The notes under the pieces were generated by a model, which had not been told where the DNA came from, ran no database searches, and saw only the letters and a program-made list of their open reading frames with translations. Positions 62,756 through 64,000 of a DNA stretch of 64,000 nucleotides are shown here, one piece after another (the stretch's first letter is position 1; every line of letters starts with the position of its first letter). The position numbers and the translations under genes were made by a program. The stretch lies in NCBI RefSeq assembly GCF_006345805.1, contig NC_043014.1, forward strand, positions 3,348,001 through 3,412,000, in the 5' to 3' direction. The stretch comes from Octopus sinensis. Its lineage: Eukaryota.

Positions 62756-64000
62756 ATATATATATATATATATATATATAAGTAGGCTTCTTTCAGTTTC
62801 CATCTACTGAATCCACTCAGTTTCCGTCGACCAAATCTACTCACAAGGCTTTGGTCAGCCCAAAAATGCCATGTGGCAGGACTGAACCTGGAACCTTAAA
62901 CAGGTGAGAAAGTACCATGAAGGCAAATCCAATCTGTGTTGGATGGATTCATCAACATCATCAAGATATCTCACCTGTTTATAACTTTATCTGAAGATGG
63001 TGGATTATATGTTATGACACATCTATAAAATTCTACTGAAACAGCTGCTGTAAATTTTTAAATCTATTTATGCTCCCTTTTTTTATGCCCATGTTGCACC
63101 TAGACCCAGTCCAAAGTTCTAGGTGCAATATAGGACTTTGTTGCACCTAGTTCTATGTGCAACATAGATCTACAGCTTAAATAAGGCGGCAGGTTGGCAG
63201 AAACGTTAGCACACCAGGTGAAATGCTTAGTGGTATTTTGTCTGTCTTTAGGTTCTGAGTTCAAATTCCTCTGAGGTTGACTTTGGCTTTCATCCTTTTA
63301 AGGTCAATAAATTAAGTACCAGTTGCGTACAAGGGTTGATCTAATCGACTGGCCCTCTTCCCCAAAATTTTGGGCCTTGTGCCTAGAGTAGAAAAGATCT
63401 ACAGTTTAAACTGGATTTGGTATGTACATATCTACAATATCCTACCAACACCTGATAACTTCATGTTTGTTTCACTTCACTATGAACCTTATGCTATTGC
63501 ACCTAGCCATTTGTGGCATCCTACATCTTGATGTACCTGGATTCTATTGAAACCAATAGCTAATCTATATGTGTGCGTGTGCGTTAATATGCTTCTATAA
63601 TGCAAAACATAACCACTTATTTAGCACAGTATATGCTCTATAACATTCCAATACATACACCCAGTAAATATATTTGTGTTAAAATTCACCTGAACACATA
63701 ATGTAGGTGTGCAGGTGGTAATAATAAAGGTGATTGATTTAATGACTTTCATCTATTTTCCAGGTAAAGGATCTTCATTTCACACATCAAAAACAATAAG
63801 ACTGCTCACATCATGAAAATGCACACACACATGCAAACAAACATGCACACATACACACACAATCATCATCATCGTTTAACGTCCGTTTTCCATGACAGCA
63901 TGGGTTGGATGGTTCAACTGAGGTCTGTGAAGCCAGAAGGCTGCACCAGGCCCAGTCAGATCTGGCAGTGTTTCTACAGCTGGATGCCCTTCCTAACGCC

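Noticed and set aside
62896-63030. Minus-strand donor-like cag|gtgaga near 62971 as an upstream STPR exon
   Set aside because: The only open frame ends in phase 2, incompatible with the phase-1 acceptor, and the site is part of a short inverted repeat (taaacaggtgaga/tctcacctgttta).

Overview
Repeat-rich eukaryotic (animal) genomic DNA. It is probably from a coleoid cephalopod such as Octopus; this is an inference from the SINE families and microsatellite density. Two genes converge. (1) On the + strand are the last coding exons of a fibrocystin-L/PKHD1L1-like gene (34-791, 2119-2214, 4717-5091, 21578-21980, 23916-24097, 26331-26461, probable last exon from 27855). All splice phases are compatible and the protein ends in a TM helix. 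(2) On the - strand is an unnamed gene with two large, mutually homologous exons (55203-54295 and 51578-50077) that splice in frame. Each starts with 23-aa STPR-type (FMBP-1-like) repeats and the protein ends in a CxxC-x36-CxxC motif, suggesting a domesticated Helitron-like N-terminus. The 16.5-kb fibrocystin intron holds a 7.7-kb A-poor modular satellite whose recurring anchor matches an adjacent inverted 20-mer, plus Tx1/L1-like LINE pieces sitting in (GATA)n tracts. Elsewhere there are R4/Dong-like pieces in (TAA)n, an RTE LINE with a 7x tandem-amplified 3' UTR, a decayed pogo transposon, piggyBac- and mariner-type MITEs, at least five SINE families (one sharing its 3' tail with the Tx1 LINE), Penelope-type hammerhead-like motifs and several long (TA)n-associated palindromes. 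No prokaryotic features or CRISPR array. Coordinates were read by eye; repeat boundaries are approximate.
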